Source: Candidatus Fervidifonticultor sextus
GTDB lineage: Bacteria; Sysuimicrobiota; Sysuimicrobiia; Sysuimicrobiales; Humicultoraceae
Direction: 5' to 3'
DNA: 64,000 nucleotides
NCBI GenBank assembly: GCA_031459875.1
Contig: JAVKHQ010000008.1
Span: 1 to 64,000 of the forward strand
Of the stretch, positions 20,267-30,606 are shown one piece after another. Numbering within the stretch: the stretch's first letter is position 1; every line of letters begins with the position of its first letter. The translations under genes were made by a program, and so were the position numbers. The notes under the pieces are model-generated. The model worked only from the letters and a program-made list of their open reading frames with translations. It did not search any database and was not told the origin of the DNA.

Positions 20267-22224
20267 TCGTCGAGATGCACCGGGTGCTGGTCTTCGGCCC
20301 GAAGCGGCTGCTCGGCGCGGTCATCGAAGAGGTCCAGCGCATCGGCGCGCTACACATCGACCGCATCGAAGCCGAGGAGGCGTCGCTGCGGACCCTCGAT
20401 CTGGACGAGGCGACCGCTGCCGAAGCGGGCCGTCTCGAACAGCTCCGCGCGCGCGCCGACGGGCTGCTGGGCCTGCTCCCCTCCGTGGAGACCGGCGGTC
20501 CCGCCCGATCCGCGGAGGACCTCTCGGATGCGCCCACCGACGCCCTGGAAGCCGCCGTGGGCGAGATCGAGGGCGAGGTCCAGGCGCTCACCCGCCGCCG
20601 GTTGGAGGCCGAGGAAGAACTCGAACTCATCCGCACGTACGAGAGCGCCGTCCGGGTCCTCTCGCCGCTGCTGGGCGCGCTGTCGGGCAGCCGGTCGCTG
20701 GAGACGATCGGTTTCATCCTCAGGGGGAAGGACCTCTCGGTGGTGGCCGCGCTCCACAACCAGTTGCGCGAGCTCACCGAAGGCCGCGTCGAAGTGGTGA
20801 GCCGGACCATCGAGGAAGGCAAGATCGGGGTCGTGGTGGCCTTCCTGCGCCGCGACGCCGAGGCCGTGCGCGGGTTCCTGACCCGGGCGGGCATCTCCGA
20901 ACTCCGCCTGCCGGCCCGCTACGCGGAGTACGGTCCGGCGGAGGCCGTGCGCCTGATGGAACAGCGCCGATCGGAACTGCCCGGCGAACTGTCCGCCATC
21001 GCCGCGCACCTGGCCGACCTGGCCCGGCGCCACCGCCCCCGGCTGACGGCGGTCCGCGCCGCGGTCGCCGACCGGCTGGCCCGACTGCAGGCCACCGCCA
21101 ACTTGGCGCAGTCCCGCTACACCTTCATCCTGCACGGGTGGGCGCCGGCGGCGCGGCTCTCCGAGGTCCGCGGGATGTTGCGGGCGCGGTTCGGCAGCGA
21201 CGTCGTGGTGCACCACTTTCCGGCCGATCCCCATGAGGCCGCCCGCGTGCCGGTCCTGCTGGACAATCCGGCGCCCATCCGGCCGTTCCAGCGCATGCTG
21301 GGGCTGTTCAAGCCCCCGCGCTACGGCACCATGGACCCGACGATCTTCCTGGCGATCTTCTTTCCGATCTTCGCGGGCATCGTCATCGGGGACGTGGCGT
21401 ATGGGGCGCTGCTGTTTGCGTTCGGCTGGTGGATGCGGAGCAAGGCGCGGCGGGGAGAGACCTGGGAGGTGGCCGTGGGCCCGGTCAAGCTGGGGATGCG
21501 GCTCGGGCCGGCCACCCTGGCGGACGCCTCCTGGATCGTCCGCGTGCTGGCCACCTGGGTGGTGATCTTCGGCGTCCTCTACCTCGAGGTCTTCGGCAAC
21601 CTGCTGGAGCACCACCTCGGATGGCACCCGGTCTTCAACCGCGTGCAGTTGACCACCGCCTTCCTCGGGCTGGTCCTGGCCCTGGGCCTCACCCAGGTCA
21701 TGCTCGGTTACGTCCTGCATCTGGTCCAGGCCGCCCGGCACCGGCACGCCTTCGGCGTGGTGGAGTCGCTGGCGATGATCTGCGGGGTGGCGGGCCTGAT
21801 CCTCCTGCTGGGGGCCATGGGGGATCAACTGCCCAAAAGCGTACTGACGCCCGGGGTCGCGTTGCTGGCCGCGTTTCTCGTGTTCTTCCTCCTGGGCTTC
21901 GCCATCAACCGGTTCGCCGCATTCTGGTTGATCGAGGCGATCTCGGGGATGGGCCATGTGTTCTCCTACGCGCGGTTGTTCGGGGTGGGGCTGGCCGCCG
22001 CCGTGCTCGCGAATGTGTCCAATGAACTGGGCGGCCGGTTCGGACCGGTGTGGGTCGGCATCCTCGTGGGGGTGCTGATCCAGATGATCTTCTTCCTCTT
22101 CACGCTGCCGGGGCACGTCATCCAGCCCGCCCGTCTCAACTGGGTCGAGTTCCTGACCAAGGTGAAGTACCACGATGAAACCGGCAACTCGTACCGGCCG
22201 CTCCAGAAAACAGGAGGTGACTAG
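20263..22224 (+). CDS. V/A-type ATPase subunit I (a)
   Basis: Soluble N-terminal half, PRYGTMDPT, GDVAYG, FSYARLFGVG (essential Arg), RLNWVEF. ATG at 20263. Confidence 0.92.
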   Translation: MIVEMHRVLVFGPKRLLGAVIEEVQRIGALHIDRIEAEEASLRTLDLDEATAAEAGRLEQLRARADGLLGLLPSVETGGPARSAEDLSDAPTDALEAAVGEIEGEVQALTRRRLEAEEELELIRTYESAVRVLSPLLGALSGSRSLETIGFILRGKDLSVVAALHNQLRELTEGRVEVVSRTIEEGKIGVVVAFLRRDAEAVRGFLTRAGISELRLPARYAEYGPAEAVRLMEQRRSELPGELSAIAAHLADLARRHRPRLTAVRAAVADRLARLQATANLAQSRYTFILHGWAPAARLSEVRGMLRARFGSDVVVHHFPADPHEAARVPVLLDNPAPIRPFQRMLGLFKPPRYGTMDPTIFLAIFFPIFAGIVIGDVAYGALLFAFGWWMRSKARRGETWEVAVGPVKLGMRLGPATLADASWIVRVLATWVVIFGVLYLEVFGNLLEHHLGWHPVFNRVQLTTAFLGLVLALGLTQVMLGYVLHLVQAARHRHAFGVVESLAMICGVAGLILLLGAMGDQLPKSVLTPGVALLAAFLVFFLLGFAINRFAAFWLIEAISGMGHVFSYARLFGVGLAAAVLANVSNELGGRFGPVWVGILVGVLIQMIFFLFTLPGHVIQPARLNWVEFLTKVKYHDETGNSYRPLQKTGGD

Positions 22225-22225
22225 G

Positions 22226-22549
22226 GTGAACAAGGTGATGGTGGCGTTGACGGTTCTGACCGCGCTGTGGCTGACGGCGGCGCCAGCGGTGCTGGCCGCG
22301 GAAGCCCCGACCCCGGAGGCCAAGCAGATCACGCTGGCACACGGCCTGCTGGGCCTGGCCGCGGCGATCGCCGTGGCGTTTGGGGCGATCGGCACCGCGT
22401 GGGCGCAGTCGCGCATCGGGGCGGCAGCGGCCGGCGCGATCGCCGAGCGGCCCGAGATCGGCGGCCAGATGCTGATCTTCCTGGTCCTGCCCGAGACCCT
22501 GATCATCTTCGGCTTCCTGGTGGCGTTCTTCATCATCGGAAAGATCTAG
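22226..22549 (+). CDS. V/A-type ATPase proteolipid subunit K (c) with signal-peptide-like N-terminus
   Basis: GTAWAQSRIGAAAAGAIAE...LVLPETLIIFG (ion-binding Glu); AGGAGG RBS before GTG. Confidence 0.92.
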   Translation: MNKVMVALTVLTALWLTAAPAVLAAEAPTPEAKQITLAHGLLGLAAAIAVAFGAIGTAWAQSRIGAAAAGAIAERPEIGGQMLIFLVLPETLIIFGFLVAFFIIGKI

Positions 22550-22560
22550 CCCGAACCGTT

Positions 22561-23145
22561 GTGGCGACAGACTCTGAACTGATCACGCTGCTCCAGCGCG
22601 AGGCGACCGCCGAGCGCGAGCAGGTGCTGGCCGAGGCCCGGCGTCAGGCGGATCAGATCCTGGCCGAGGCCCGGCGTCAGGCGGATCAGATCCTGGCCGA
22701 GGCCCGGGCGCGCCTGGCGGCCGAGGAGCGCGCGGCCCTGGTCAAGGCCCAGAGCGCCGCGCACCTGCGGGCCTCCTCCATGGTGCTGCAGGCCAAGGAG
22801 GAGGAGATCGCCCGTGTCTTCGCGCGCGCCGAAGAGGAACTGGCCGGATTCATCGGTGACCGGGAACACTATCCGGCGGTGCTGCGAGCCTTCATCGAGG
22901 AAGGGCTGCAGGCCTTCCCGGGCCGTGCCGTGGTGACGGTCAACCCCGCCGACCTGGCCTTGGCGCAGGCATTCCTCCAGGAGCGGGGCGGCGAGGTTGC
23001 GGTACAGGGCGATCCTGCGGTCCGGGGCGGCGCCAGGGTGACCAGCCCCGACGGCCGCTTCGTCGTGATCAACACGCTGGCCTCGCGGCTCGAACGCGCC
23101 CGCCCGGCGCTGGCTGCGGAAGTGGCCGACATCCTGTGGGAATGA
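22561..23145 (+). CDS. V/A-type ATPase subunit E
   Basis: Coiled-coil N-terminus, then VNPAD...GGARVTSPDGRFVVINTLASRL; operon position. Confidence 0.85.
   Translation: MATDSELITLLQREATAEREQVLAEARRQADQILAEARRQADQILAEARARLAAEERAALVKAQSAAHLRASSMVLQAKEEEIARVFARAEEELAGFIGDREHYPAVLRAFIEEGLQAFPGRAVVTVNPADLALAQAFLQERGGEVAVQGDPAVRGGARVTSPDGRFVVINTLASRLERARPALAAEVADILWE
22627..22707 (+). repeat. Exact 33-bp tandem repeat (about 2.5 copies) in ATPase subunit E
   Basis: ctggccgaggcccggcgtcaggcggatcagatc at 22627 and 22660, partial third copy at 22693; encodes LAEARRQADQI. Confidence 0.95.
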
Positions 23146-23158
23146 CGGGGTAGGGGCC

Positions 23159-24190
23159 GTGCCCGACTTCCCCTACATCAACGCGCGGGTGCGGGCCATG
23201 CGCAGCCGGTTGCTGTCGGCGGCCCAGGTGGAAGACCTGCTGGGGGCTCCGTCCCTGGCCGCGTTCATGCAGGCGGTGAGCGCGACACCCTACGGGGGGG
23301 ATCTCCAGGAGGCGCAGGTCCGCTATGAGGGCGTCCGGGCCGTGGACGAAGCCCTGGCACGGAACCTCCAGCGGGCGACGCGGGCCATCCTTGAGTTCGC
23401 CGACGGGACCCCCCGGAGGCTCATCGAGGTCCTGCTGCTCCGCTGGGACCTGGCGAACCTTCGCGTCGTCGTGCGCGGCAAGCACACTGGCCGGCCCGCC
23501 GAGGAGATCGTGGCAGCCCTTCTGCCCGCCGGCACGCTCGGCGAGGTCATCCTCAAAGAGATGGCCGGGCTGCCCGACCTGGCCGGACTGGCCGGAACTC
23601 TGGAGGCCGTCGAACATCCCTTCGCCGAAGCGGTGGCCGACGGGGTGGCCGCGTACGTCGAGACGAAGGACCTGATTGACCTGGAACTGCACCTCGACCG
23701 CGCCTACGCCACCTACGGCCTGCAGCAGACCCACCGGGGCGGCGGGGGTGCGGCCGGGCTGCACGACCTCCTCCAGGCCGAGATCGACGTCGCCAACGTC
23801 AAGACGGCGCTGCGCCTGGCTGCGGCGGGCGACCTGGACGAGGCCCGGCGGCTCCGCTACTACATCCCGGGTGGGGCGATCGTGACGGCGGAACTCTTCC
23901 GGGCCCTCTCGGCGCCGGCGACCCAGGAGCAGGCCTGGAAGAAACTCCGGGTCAGCGGGTTTCCGGTCAAGGAGCCCCCGCGCAACCTGGTGGACTTCGA
24001 GCGCGAGATGGACCTGGAGGTCGCCCGGGCCCTGGCCACCCACTACCGGGGCGACCCGCTGGGGCTGGACGTGGTCATCGGCTATCTGGCGATGAAGTCG
24101 GCCGAGGTCGCCAATCTCCGCCTGATTGCGCGGGGGAAGTTCCTGGGCCTGCCGCGGGAGCAGCTGAGGCGGGAGATGATCCTTGTTTAG
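23159..24190 (+). CDS. V/A-type ATPase subunit C (d)
   Basis: DFPYINARVRAMRSRLL, WDLANL, EVANLRLIARGK. Confidence 0.9.
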   Translation: MPDFPYINARVRAMRSRLLSAAQVEDLLGAPSLAAFMQAVSATPYGGDLQEAQVRYEGVRAVDEALARNLQRATRAILEFADGTPRRLIEVLLLRWDLANLRVVVRGKHTGRPAEEIVAALLPAGTLGEVILKEMAGLPDLAGLAGTLEAVEHPFAEAVADGVAAYVETKDLIDLELHLDRAYATYGLQQTHRGGGGAAGLHDLLQAEIDVANVKTALRLAAAGDLDEARRLRYYIPGGAIVTAELFRALSAPATQEQAWKKLRVSGFPVKEPPRNLVDFEREMDLEVARALATHYRGDPLGLDVVIGYLAMKSAEVANLRLIARGKFLGLPREQLRREMILV

Positions 24191-24500
24191 GCTTGCCGTC
24201 ATCACCGACCCGGAGTCGGCGACCGGCTTTCGCCTGGCCGGGGCCGAGGTGCGCGAGGCCGCGTCCCCGCAGGAGGCCCTCGCACACCTGCGGTACTTCG
24301 TCTCGCTGGACTACGGGTTGGTGGCGGTCAACGAGGCGCTGCTGGAAGGGACCGAGGAGGCGCGGGCGCGCCTGCTGCGCGGGCGCGACCTGCCCATCAT
24401 CGTCCCGTTCCCGGCGCCCAGGGCGCAGATCGAGAGCGGCGAGGCCTATGTCGCCCGGCTGGTGAAGGAGCACATCGGCTTCTACGTGAAGTTGCGGTAG
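24183..24500 (+). CDS. V/A-type ATPase subunit F
   Basis: [17 protein letters not shown]...LVKEHIGF. Confidence 0.92.
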   Translation: MFRLAVITDPESATGFRLAGAEVREAASPQEALAHLRYFVSLDYGLVAVNEALLEGTEEARARLLRGRDLPIIVPFPAPRAQIESGEAYVARLVKEHIGFYVKLR

Positions 24501-24531
24501 CGAGATGCCCAGAGGCGATGGGGTGAGTGGG

Positions 24532-26292
24532 ATGTCGAGCCAGGGAACCATCATCAAGATCGCGGGCCCCGCGGTCATTGCCAGGAGGATCCCCGGTGCC
24601 CGGATGTACGACCTGGTCCGGGTCGGGGTGGAGGGGCTGCTGGGCGAGATCATCCGTCTGGACGGCGAGACCGCCTTCATCCAGGTCTATGAGGACACCT
24701 CGGGCCTGCGGGTCGGCGAGCCCGTCGCGAGCACCGGCGCCCCCCTGTCGGTCGATCTGGGCCCGGGGCTGCTGACCGGGATCTTCGACGGCATCCAGCG
24801 GCCGCTGCAGAGCATCCGGGCTCAGAAAGGGGACTTCATCGCCCGCGGCGCCGTGACCGAGGCGCTGGATCGGAGCAGGCGGTGGGCGTTTGCGCCCCGG
24901 GTCCAGCGCGGCGCCCGGGTCGGCCCCGGAGACGTCATCGGGACCGTCCAGGAGTTCGGGTTCGAGCACCGGATCATGGTGCCGCCCACCGCACGCGGCG
25001 GCGAGGTCGCGGAGATCGTCTCCGGCGAGGTCACGGTGGACGACGTGGTGGCGCGGCTCGCCGACGGTACCGAGGTGCGCCTGGCCCACCGCTGGCCCGT
25101 GCGGGCGGCGCGACCCGTGGCCCGCAAACTCGATCCCCGCGAACCCTTCATCTCGGGGCAGCGCATCATCGACGTCCTCTTCCCGGTGGCCATGGGCGGG
25201 GCCGCGTCCATCCCGGGGCCCTTCGGCTCGGGCAAGACCGTCATGCAGCAGACACTGGCCAAGTGGTCGAATGCCGACGTCATCATCTACGTGGGCTGCG
25301 GCGAGCGCGGCAACGAGATGACCCACGTGCTGGACGAGTTCCCTGAACTCGAAGACCCGCGCACCGGCCGGCCGCTGATGGAGCGGACGATCATCATCGC
25401 CAACACATCCAACATGCCCGTGGCCGCCCGCGAAGCCTCCGTCTACACGGGCATCACCATGGCGGAGTACTGGCGCGACCAGGGCTACAAGGTGGCCCTG
25501 ATGGCCGACTCCACCAGTCGCTGGGCCGAGGCGATGCGCGAGATCTCGTCCCGGCTGGAGGAGATGCCGGCCGAGGAGGGATATCCCCCGTACCTGTCCA
25601 GCCGGCTGGCGGCCTTCTACGAGCGGGCCGGGCGGGTCGTCTGCCTGGGCCAGCCCGAGCGCAACGGGTCGGTCACAGTGGTGGGCGCGGTCTCGCCGCC
25701 GGGCGGCGACCTGTCCGAGCCGGTGACCCAGGCCACGCTGCGCATCACCGGTACCTTCTGGTCGCTGGACGCCAGCCTGGCTCACCGGCGCCACTTCCCG
25801 GCGATCCACTGGCTGCGCTCCTACAGCCTCTACACCCCGCTGTTCCGGGACTGGTACCGGGAGCACATGCCCGAGGATTTCGTGACCCTGCGGGACCGCG
25901 CCTCGGCGCTGCTCCAGCGCGAGGCCGAACTTCAGGAGATCGTCCAGCTCGTGGGCCCCGACGCCCTGCAGGACGACCAGCGGCTGCTCATCGAAGCCGG
26001 GAAGATGCTGCGGGAGGATTTCCTCCAGCAGTCCTCCTTCTCCGAGGTGGACGCCTACTGCTCGCTGGAGAAGGCCTACGGGATGCTCAAGGCCATCCTC
26101 ACCTTCTACGACGAGGCCTCCGCCGCGCTGCGCCGCGGCATGCCCATGGACGAGATCCTCAACCTCAAGCAGATCGAGGAGATCGCCCGCATGAAAGAGG
26201 TCCCCAACGAGGAGTTTGGGGCGCACATGGAGGCGTGGATGAAGCGGCTCCCCGAGGCGTTCGGGGCCAAGGCCGCCGCAGAGGGGGCATAG
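24532..26292 (+). CDS. V/A-type ATPase catalytic subunit A
   Basis: GPFGSGKT P-loop, [36 protein letters not shown]. Confidence 0.97.
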   Translation: MSSQGTIIKIAGPAVIARRIPGARMYDLVRVGVEGLLGEIIRLDGETAFIQVYEDTSGLRVGEPVASTGAPLSVDLGPGLLTGIFDGIQRPLQSIRAQKGDFIARGAVTEALDRSRRWAFAPRVQRGARVGPGDVIGTVQEFGFEHRIMVPPTARGGEVAEIVSGEVTVDDVVARLADGTEVRLAHRWPVRAARPVARKLDPREPFISGQRIIDVLFPVAMGGAASIPGPFGSGKTVMQQTLAKWSNADVIIYVGCGERGNEMTHVLDEFPELEDPRTGRPLMERTIIIANTSNMPVAAREASVYTGITMAEYWRDQGYKVALMADSTSRWAEAMREISSRLEEMPAEEGYPPYLSSRLAAFYERAGRVVCLGQPERNGSVTVVGAVSPPGGDLSEPVTQATLRITGTFWSLDASLAHRRHFPAIHWLRSYSLYTPLFRDWYREHMPEDFVTLRDRASALLQREAELQEIVQLVGPDALQDDQRLLIEAGKMLREDFLQQSSFSEVDAYCSLEKAYGMLKAILTFYDEASAALRRGMPMDEILNLKQIEEIARMKEVPNEEFGAHMEAWMKRLPEAFGAKAAAEGA

Positions 26293-26295
26293 GCC

Positions 26296-27714
26296 ATGTC
26301 GCTGGCCACCAAGCAGTACCAGAGCATCTCGTACATCTCGGGGCCCCTGCTCTTCGTGGAGGGCGCGCGCGACCTGCCCTACGGGGCCATCGTGAACATC
26401 CATCTGCCCGACGGCGGGGTCCGCGGCGGCCAGGTCATCGAGGTGTCCGAGAAGAACGCGGTCATCCAGGTCTTCGAGGAGACCGCGGGATTGGACCTAG
26501 CCCGCACGTCGGTGAGCCTGCGGGAGGACGTCGCCCGGATTTCCTGTTCCCGGGAGATGATCGGCCGGCGGTTCAACGGGCTGGGCGAGCCCATCGACGG
26601 CCTCCCCCCCATCATCCCCGAGAAGCGCCTGCCCATCATCGGGGCGCCCATCAACCCGGTGGCCCGGCAGCGGCCCCAGGAGTTCATCCAGACCGGCATC
26701 TCGTCCATCGACGGCCTCAACACGCTGGTGCGCGGGCAGAAGCTGCCGATCTTCTCGGGCGCCGGGCTGCCGCACAACGAGATCGCGGCGCAGATCGCCC
26801 GGCAGGCGAAGGTCCTGGGCGCGGCCGAGGCATTCTCGGTGGTGTTCGCCGCCATGGGCATCACGCAGCGGGAGGCGGCGTACTTCATCGAGCAGTTCGA
26901 GGCCACCGGGGCCCTGGCCCGGAGCGTGGTCTTCCTCAACCTGGCCGACGACCCGGCCATCGAGCGGTTGATGACCCCGCGGGTGGCGCTGACGACCGCG
27001 GAGTACCTGGCGTTCGAGTTGGACATGCAGGTGCTGGTCATCCTCAGCGATATGACCAACTACTGCGAAAGCCTCCGTGAGATCGGCGCGGCGCGCGAAG
27101 AGATCCCCGGCCGCCGCGGCTACCCGGGCTACATGTACACCGACCTGGCCTCGATCTACGAACGGGCCGGCCGCATCTTCGGCCGCAAGGGCTCCATCAC
27201 GCAGTTGCCGATCCTCACCATGCCCGACGACGACATCACGCACCCCATTGCCGACCTGACCGGGTACATCACCGAAGGGCAGATCGTGCTCTCCCGGGCG
27301 CTGCACCGCACCGGCATCTACCCGCCCATCAACCCGCTGCCCAGCCTCTCGCGGCTGATGAACGACGGGATCGGGCCCGGCCGCACCCGCGCCGACCACG
27401 CCAACGTCAAGGACCAGCTCTTCGCCTCCTACGCCAACGGCGTCGACCTGCGGAGGCTGGTGGCCATCATCGGCGAAGAGGCCCTCACCGAACGCGACCG
27501 GCTCTACCTGAAGTTCGCCGAGGAGTTCGAGCGCGAGTTCCTGGGACAGGGGCAGACCGACCGCTCCATCGAGGAGACCCTAACCCTCGGCTGGAAGTTG
27601 CTCTCGATGTTTCCCAAGGGCGAACTCAAGCGCATCAAGCAGGACCACGTGGACCGGTACTACTTCGGGGAGCAGATGGAGAAGCTCTGGGAAGATCGCG
27701 CCATGCGCCGATAG
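26296..27714 (+). CDS. V/A-type ATPase subunit B
   Basis: [38 protein letters not shown]. Confidence 0.97.
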   Translation: MSLATKQYQSISYISGPLLFVEGARDLPYGAIVNIHLPDGGVRGGQVIEVSEKNAVIQVFEETAGLDLARTSVSLREDVARISCSREMIGRRFNGLGEPIDGLPPIIPEKRLPIIGAPINPVARQRPQEFIQTGISSIDGLNTLVRGQKLPIFSGAGLPHNEIAAQIARQAKVLGAAEAFSVVFAAMGITQREAAYFIEQFEATGALARSVVFLNLADDPAIERLMTPRVALTTAEYLAFELDMQVLVILSDMTNYCESLREIGAAREEIPGRRGYPGYMYTDLASIYERAGRIFGRKGSITQLPILTMPDDDITHPIADLTGYITEGQIVLSRALHRTGIYPPINPLPSLSRLMNDGIGPGRTRADHANVKDQLFASYANGVDLRRLVAIIGEEALTERDRLYLKFAEEFEREFLGQGQTDRSIEETLTLGWKLLSMFPKGELKRIKQDHVDRYYFGEQMEKLWEDRAMRR

Positions 27715-27735
27715 GCGCCGGCGCCAGGGTGTTGC

Positions 27736-28377
27736 ATGGCCGAGGTCATCAGTCCCACCCGGATGAACCTGCTGCAGCGGCGCACCCAGCTGCGCGTCGC
27801 GCAGCAGGGTGTCGACCTGCTCAAGCGGAAGCGGGACGCGCTGGTGGCCGACTTCTTCAAGGTCGTCCGCCAGGCGCTGGCCGCCCGGGAGCAGATGGCC
27901 GCGGCCTGCCAGGAAGCCTACGTGCTGCTGGCCCTGGCCAAGGCCATCGAAGGCCGGGAGGCCCTGGAGGCCGCCGCCCTGGCGGCCCGCCGCGACATCC
28001 TGGTGGACATCGAGATCCGCAACGTCTGGGGCACCAAGATCCCTGAGGTCGCGGTGACCGAGGTGCGCCGGCCGCTGCTGGAGCGGGGCCAGAACCCCGT
28101 CGCCACCAGCGCCCGCACCATCGAGAGCACCGCCAACTTCGAGGAGGTGCTGGCCGCCATCCTGGCGGTGGCAGCCACCGAGATCAAGCTGCGCAAGATC
28201 GGCGAGGAGATCAAGAAGACGACCCGCCGGGTCAACGCCCTCGAGCAGGTGGTCATCCCCCGGCTGCGCGCGGAAACCCGGTACATCGCCTCGGTGCTGG
28301 AGCAGCGGGCCCGGGAGGACGTCTTCCGCCTCAAGCGGATCAAGAAGAAACTGGAGGCGCGGGAGACCGGTGGCTGA
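27736..28377 (+). CDS. V/A-type ATPase subunit D
   Basis: PTRMNL...LLKRKRDAL...KTTRRVNALEQVVIP...REDVFRLKRIK. Confidence 0.95.
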   Translation: MAEVISPTRMNLLQRRTQLRVAQQGVDLLKRKRDALVADFFKVVRQALAAREQMAAACQEAYVLLALAKAIEGREALEAAALAARRDILVDIEIRNVWGTKIPEVAVTEVRRPLLERGQNPVATSARTIESTANFEEVLAAILAVAATEIKLRKIGEEIKKTTRRVNALEQVVIPRLRAETRYIASVLEQRAREDVFRLKRIKKKLEARETGG

Positions 28378-29128
28378 CCCCTCCCTCCGCCGGGCGCTGC
28401 CCTCGCCTGTGGCCCGCTGGCAGGTGGGCCTGGCAGGGGTGCTGGCGCTGGTCGGATTCCTCACCGTCACCCAGATCCGCACCGAGGTCCTGATCAAGCG
28501 GACGCTGCGCCTCCCCTCGTCACAACTGGAGGAACTGGGCTTCATGCTCCGCGAGCAGGAACGCCACCGTGCGGGGCTGGAGGCCCAGGTGGGCGACCTC
28601 CGGAACCGGCTGGCCGAGTACGAGAAGGCCGCCGCCGAAGGGCGGACCGCCGTCGCCCGTCTGAACCGGGAGCTCCAGGAGACGCGGACGCTGGTGGGAC
28701 TGACTGCCCTGGAAGGGCCGGGCGTGGTGGTCGAACTGAACGACAGCACGCGGCCGCCCACCCCCGGCGAAGACCCCAACAAGACCATCCTGCACTACAC
28801 CGACATCGCCGCCGTCGTCGCCGAGTTGTGGGCGGCCGGGGCCGAGGCCGTCGCCCTCAACGGGGAGCGGGTCGTCTCCAGCACGGGCATCACCTGTGTG
28901 GGGACGACGATCCTCTGCAACACCAAGCGCATGGCCCCGCCGTACGTCATCAAGGCGATCGGAGACCCGGCGGGCCTGGCCCGGTACCTGCGACGGCCCG
29001 GCGGGGTGCTGGAGTTGCTGGCGGCGTTCGATTTCCCCGTGCGGGTGGTCCCCATGGCCCGCGTCGACGTGCCCCCCTATCGCGGGACCTTCCGGTTTGA
29101 GTATGCTGAAGTCAGTGAAAAGGAGTGA
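28370..29128 (+). CDS. DUF881 family (YlxW/YlxX-like) membrane-anchored coiled-coil protein
   Basis: TM segment, coiled coil, GLTALEGPGVVVELND, ELWAAGAEAVALNGER, PPYVIKAIGDP. Confidence 0.85.
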   Translation: MADPSLRRALPSPVARWQVGLAGVLALVGFLTVTQIRTEVLIKRTLRLPSSQLEELGFMLREQERHRAGLEAQVGDLRNRLAEYEKAAAEGRTAVARLNRELQETRTLVGLTALEGPGVVVELNDSTRPPTPGEDPNKTILHYTDIAAVVAELWAAGAEAVALNGERVVSSTGITCVGTTILCNTKRMAPPYVIKAIGDPAGLARYLRRPGGVLELLAAFDFPVRVVPMARVDVPPYRGTFRFEYAEVSEKE

Positions 29129-29133
29129 CGGCC

Positions 29134-29481
29134 ATGTGGTTGCCCGTCGTCGGCCTGATGGTGGGCATCGTCCTCGGTTTTCTCTTTTCGGTTGAGATCC
29201 CCCTCGGGTACGTCAAGTACACGGCGATCGCCATCCTGGCCGCCATCGACACGGTCCTGGGCGGGGTGCGGGCCCAGATCGAGGAGCGCTTCGACCTGCC
29301 GGTCTTCCTCTCCGGGTTCCTGGTCAACGCCGCCTTCGCAGCGCTGCTGGCCGGGATCGGCGACCTGCTGGGACTGGACATCTACCTGGGGGCGGTGATT
29401 GCGTTCTCCATCAGGATCTTCGACAACGTGGGATTCATCCGGCGGGACGTCATCATGCAGTACCGGAAAGGTGGGAGGTAG
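29134..29481 (+). CDS. sbp: Small basic protein Sbp (DUF1290)
   Basis: YTAIAILAAIDTVLGG..A...F....F.SGF..N...GD.LG.D.Y..A...F..RIF.N...IRR pattern; follows DUF881. Confidence 0.85.
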   Translation: MWLPVVGLMVGIVLGFLFSVEIPLGYVKYTAIAILAAIDTVLGGVRAQIEERFDLPVFLSGFLVNAAFAALLAGIGDLLGLDIYLGAVIAFSIRIFDNVGFIRRDVIMQYRKGGR

Positions 29482-29484
29482 CGG

Positions 29485-30519
29485 ATGAACGTGCGCGTGG
29501 GCATCAACGGGTTCGGCCGCATCGGACGGCTGGCGCTGCGGGCGATGCGGCAGCGGTACCCCAACGAGATCGAGGTGGCGGCCATCAACGACATCGCCGA
29601 CCTGGAGACGAATGCGCACCTCTTTACCTACGACTCCAACTACGGCACCTACGCCGGGACCGTGGGGACCCGCGACGGAGCCCTGATCGTCGACGGCCAC
29701 GAGATCGCCGTGTTCTCCGAGCGCGAGCCGGCGGCGATTCCCTGGTCGAGGGTCGGGGTCCAGATCGTGGTGGAGTCCACCGGCCGCTTCACGACGGCCG
29801 AGAAGGCCCGGGGACACCTGCAGGGTGGTGCCCGAAAGGTCGTCATCAGCGCGCCGGCCAAGGGGGAGGACATCACGGTCAACATGGGGGTCAACCACGA
29901 ACTGTACGATCCCGCCCAACACACCATCGTCAGCAACGGGTCCTGCACCACCAACGGGCTCGCGGTGACCGCCAAGGTGCTCTCCCGGCAGTTCGGGATC
30001 CGCGCGGGCCACATGACCACCGTCCACTCGTACACCAACACCCAGCGGATCCTGGACGTGGTGGGCGAGGACCTGCGCGAGGCGCGCGCGGCGGCGCTGA
30101 ACATCATTCCGGCCAGCACGGGCGCGGCGCGGGCCATCTTCCTGGTGCTGCCGGAACTCAAGGGCAAGCTCACCGGCATCGCGCTGCGGGTGCCCACCCC
30201 GACCGTCTCCATCGTGGACCTGACGGTGGATCTGGAGACGGCGACCACCGCCGAGGAGATCAACGCCGCGTTTCGGGAGGCGGCCGAGGGCGAGATGAAG
30301 GGCTACCTGGGGTATAGCGACCGGCCGCTGGTCTCCATGGATTTCAAGGGTGATCCCCGTTCCGGCGTGGTCGACGGGCCTCTCACCCAGGTGATCGGCG
30401 GGTCGCTGGCCAAGGTCATGACCTGGTACGACAACGAGTGGGGCTATGCGTGCCGGATCGCGGACCTGGTGCACTACATGGCCGTGCGGGAACTGGCGCC
30501 GACTCCCGGCGCGCGCTGA
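29485..30519 (+). CDS. gap: Glyceraldehyde-3-phosphate dehydrogenase type I
   Basis: GINGFGRIGR, ESTG, SCTTN, RVPT, WYDNEWGY. Confidence 0.97.
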   Translation: MNVRVGINGFGRIGRLALRAMRQRYPNEIEVAAINDIADLETNAHLFTYDSNYGTYAGTVGTRDGALIVDGHEIAVFSEREPAAIPWSRVGVQIVVESTGRFTTAEKARGHLQGGARKVVISAPAKGEDITVNMGVNHELYDPAQHTIVSNGSCTTNGLAVTAKVLSRQFGIRAGHMTTVHSYTNTQRILDVVGEDLREARAAALNIIPASTGAARAIFLVLPELKGKLTGIALRVPTPTVSIVDLTVDLETATTAEEINAAFREAAEGEMKGYLGYSDRPLVSMDFKGDPRSGVVDGPLTQVIGGSLAKVMTWYDNEWGYACRIADLVHYMAVRELAPTPGAR

Positions 30520-30606
30520 GGCCCCGGCAGGGCCTCGAGTCTGGTCTTGCGGGTGCCTGCGGCACATCATCACGCCGATGGCGAGAGAGCGGGGGCAATG
30601 CCGGCG

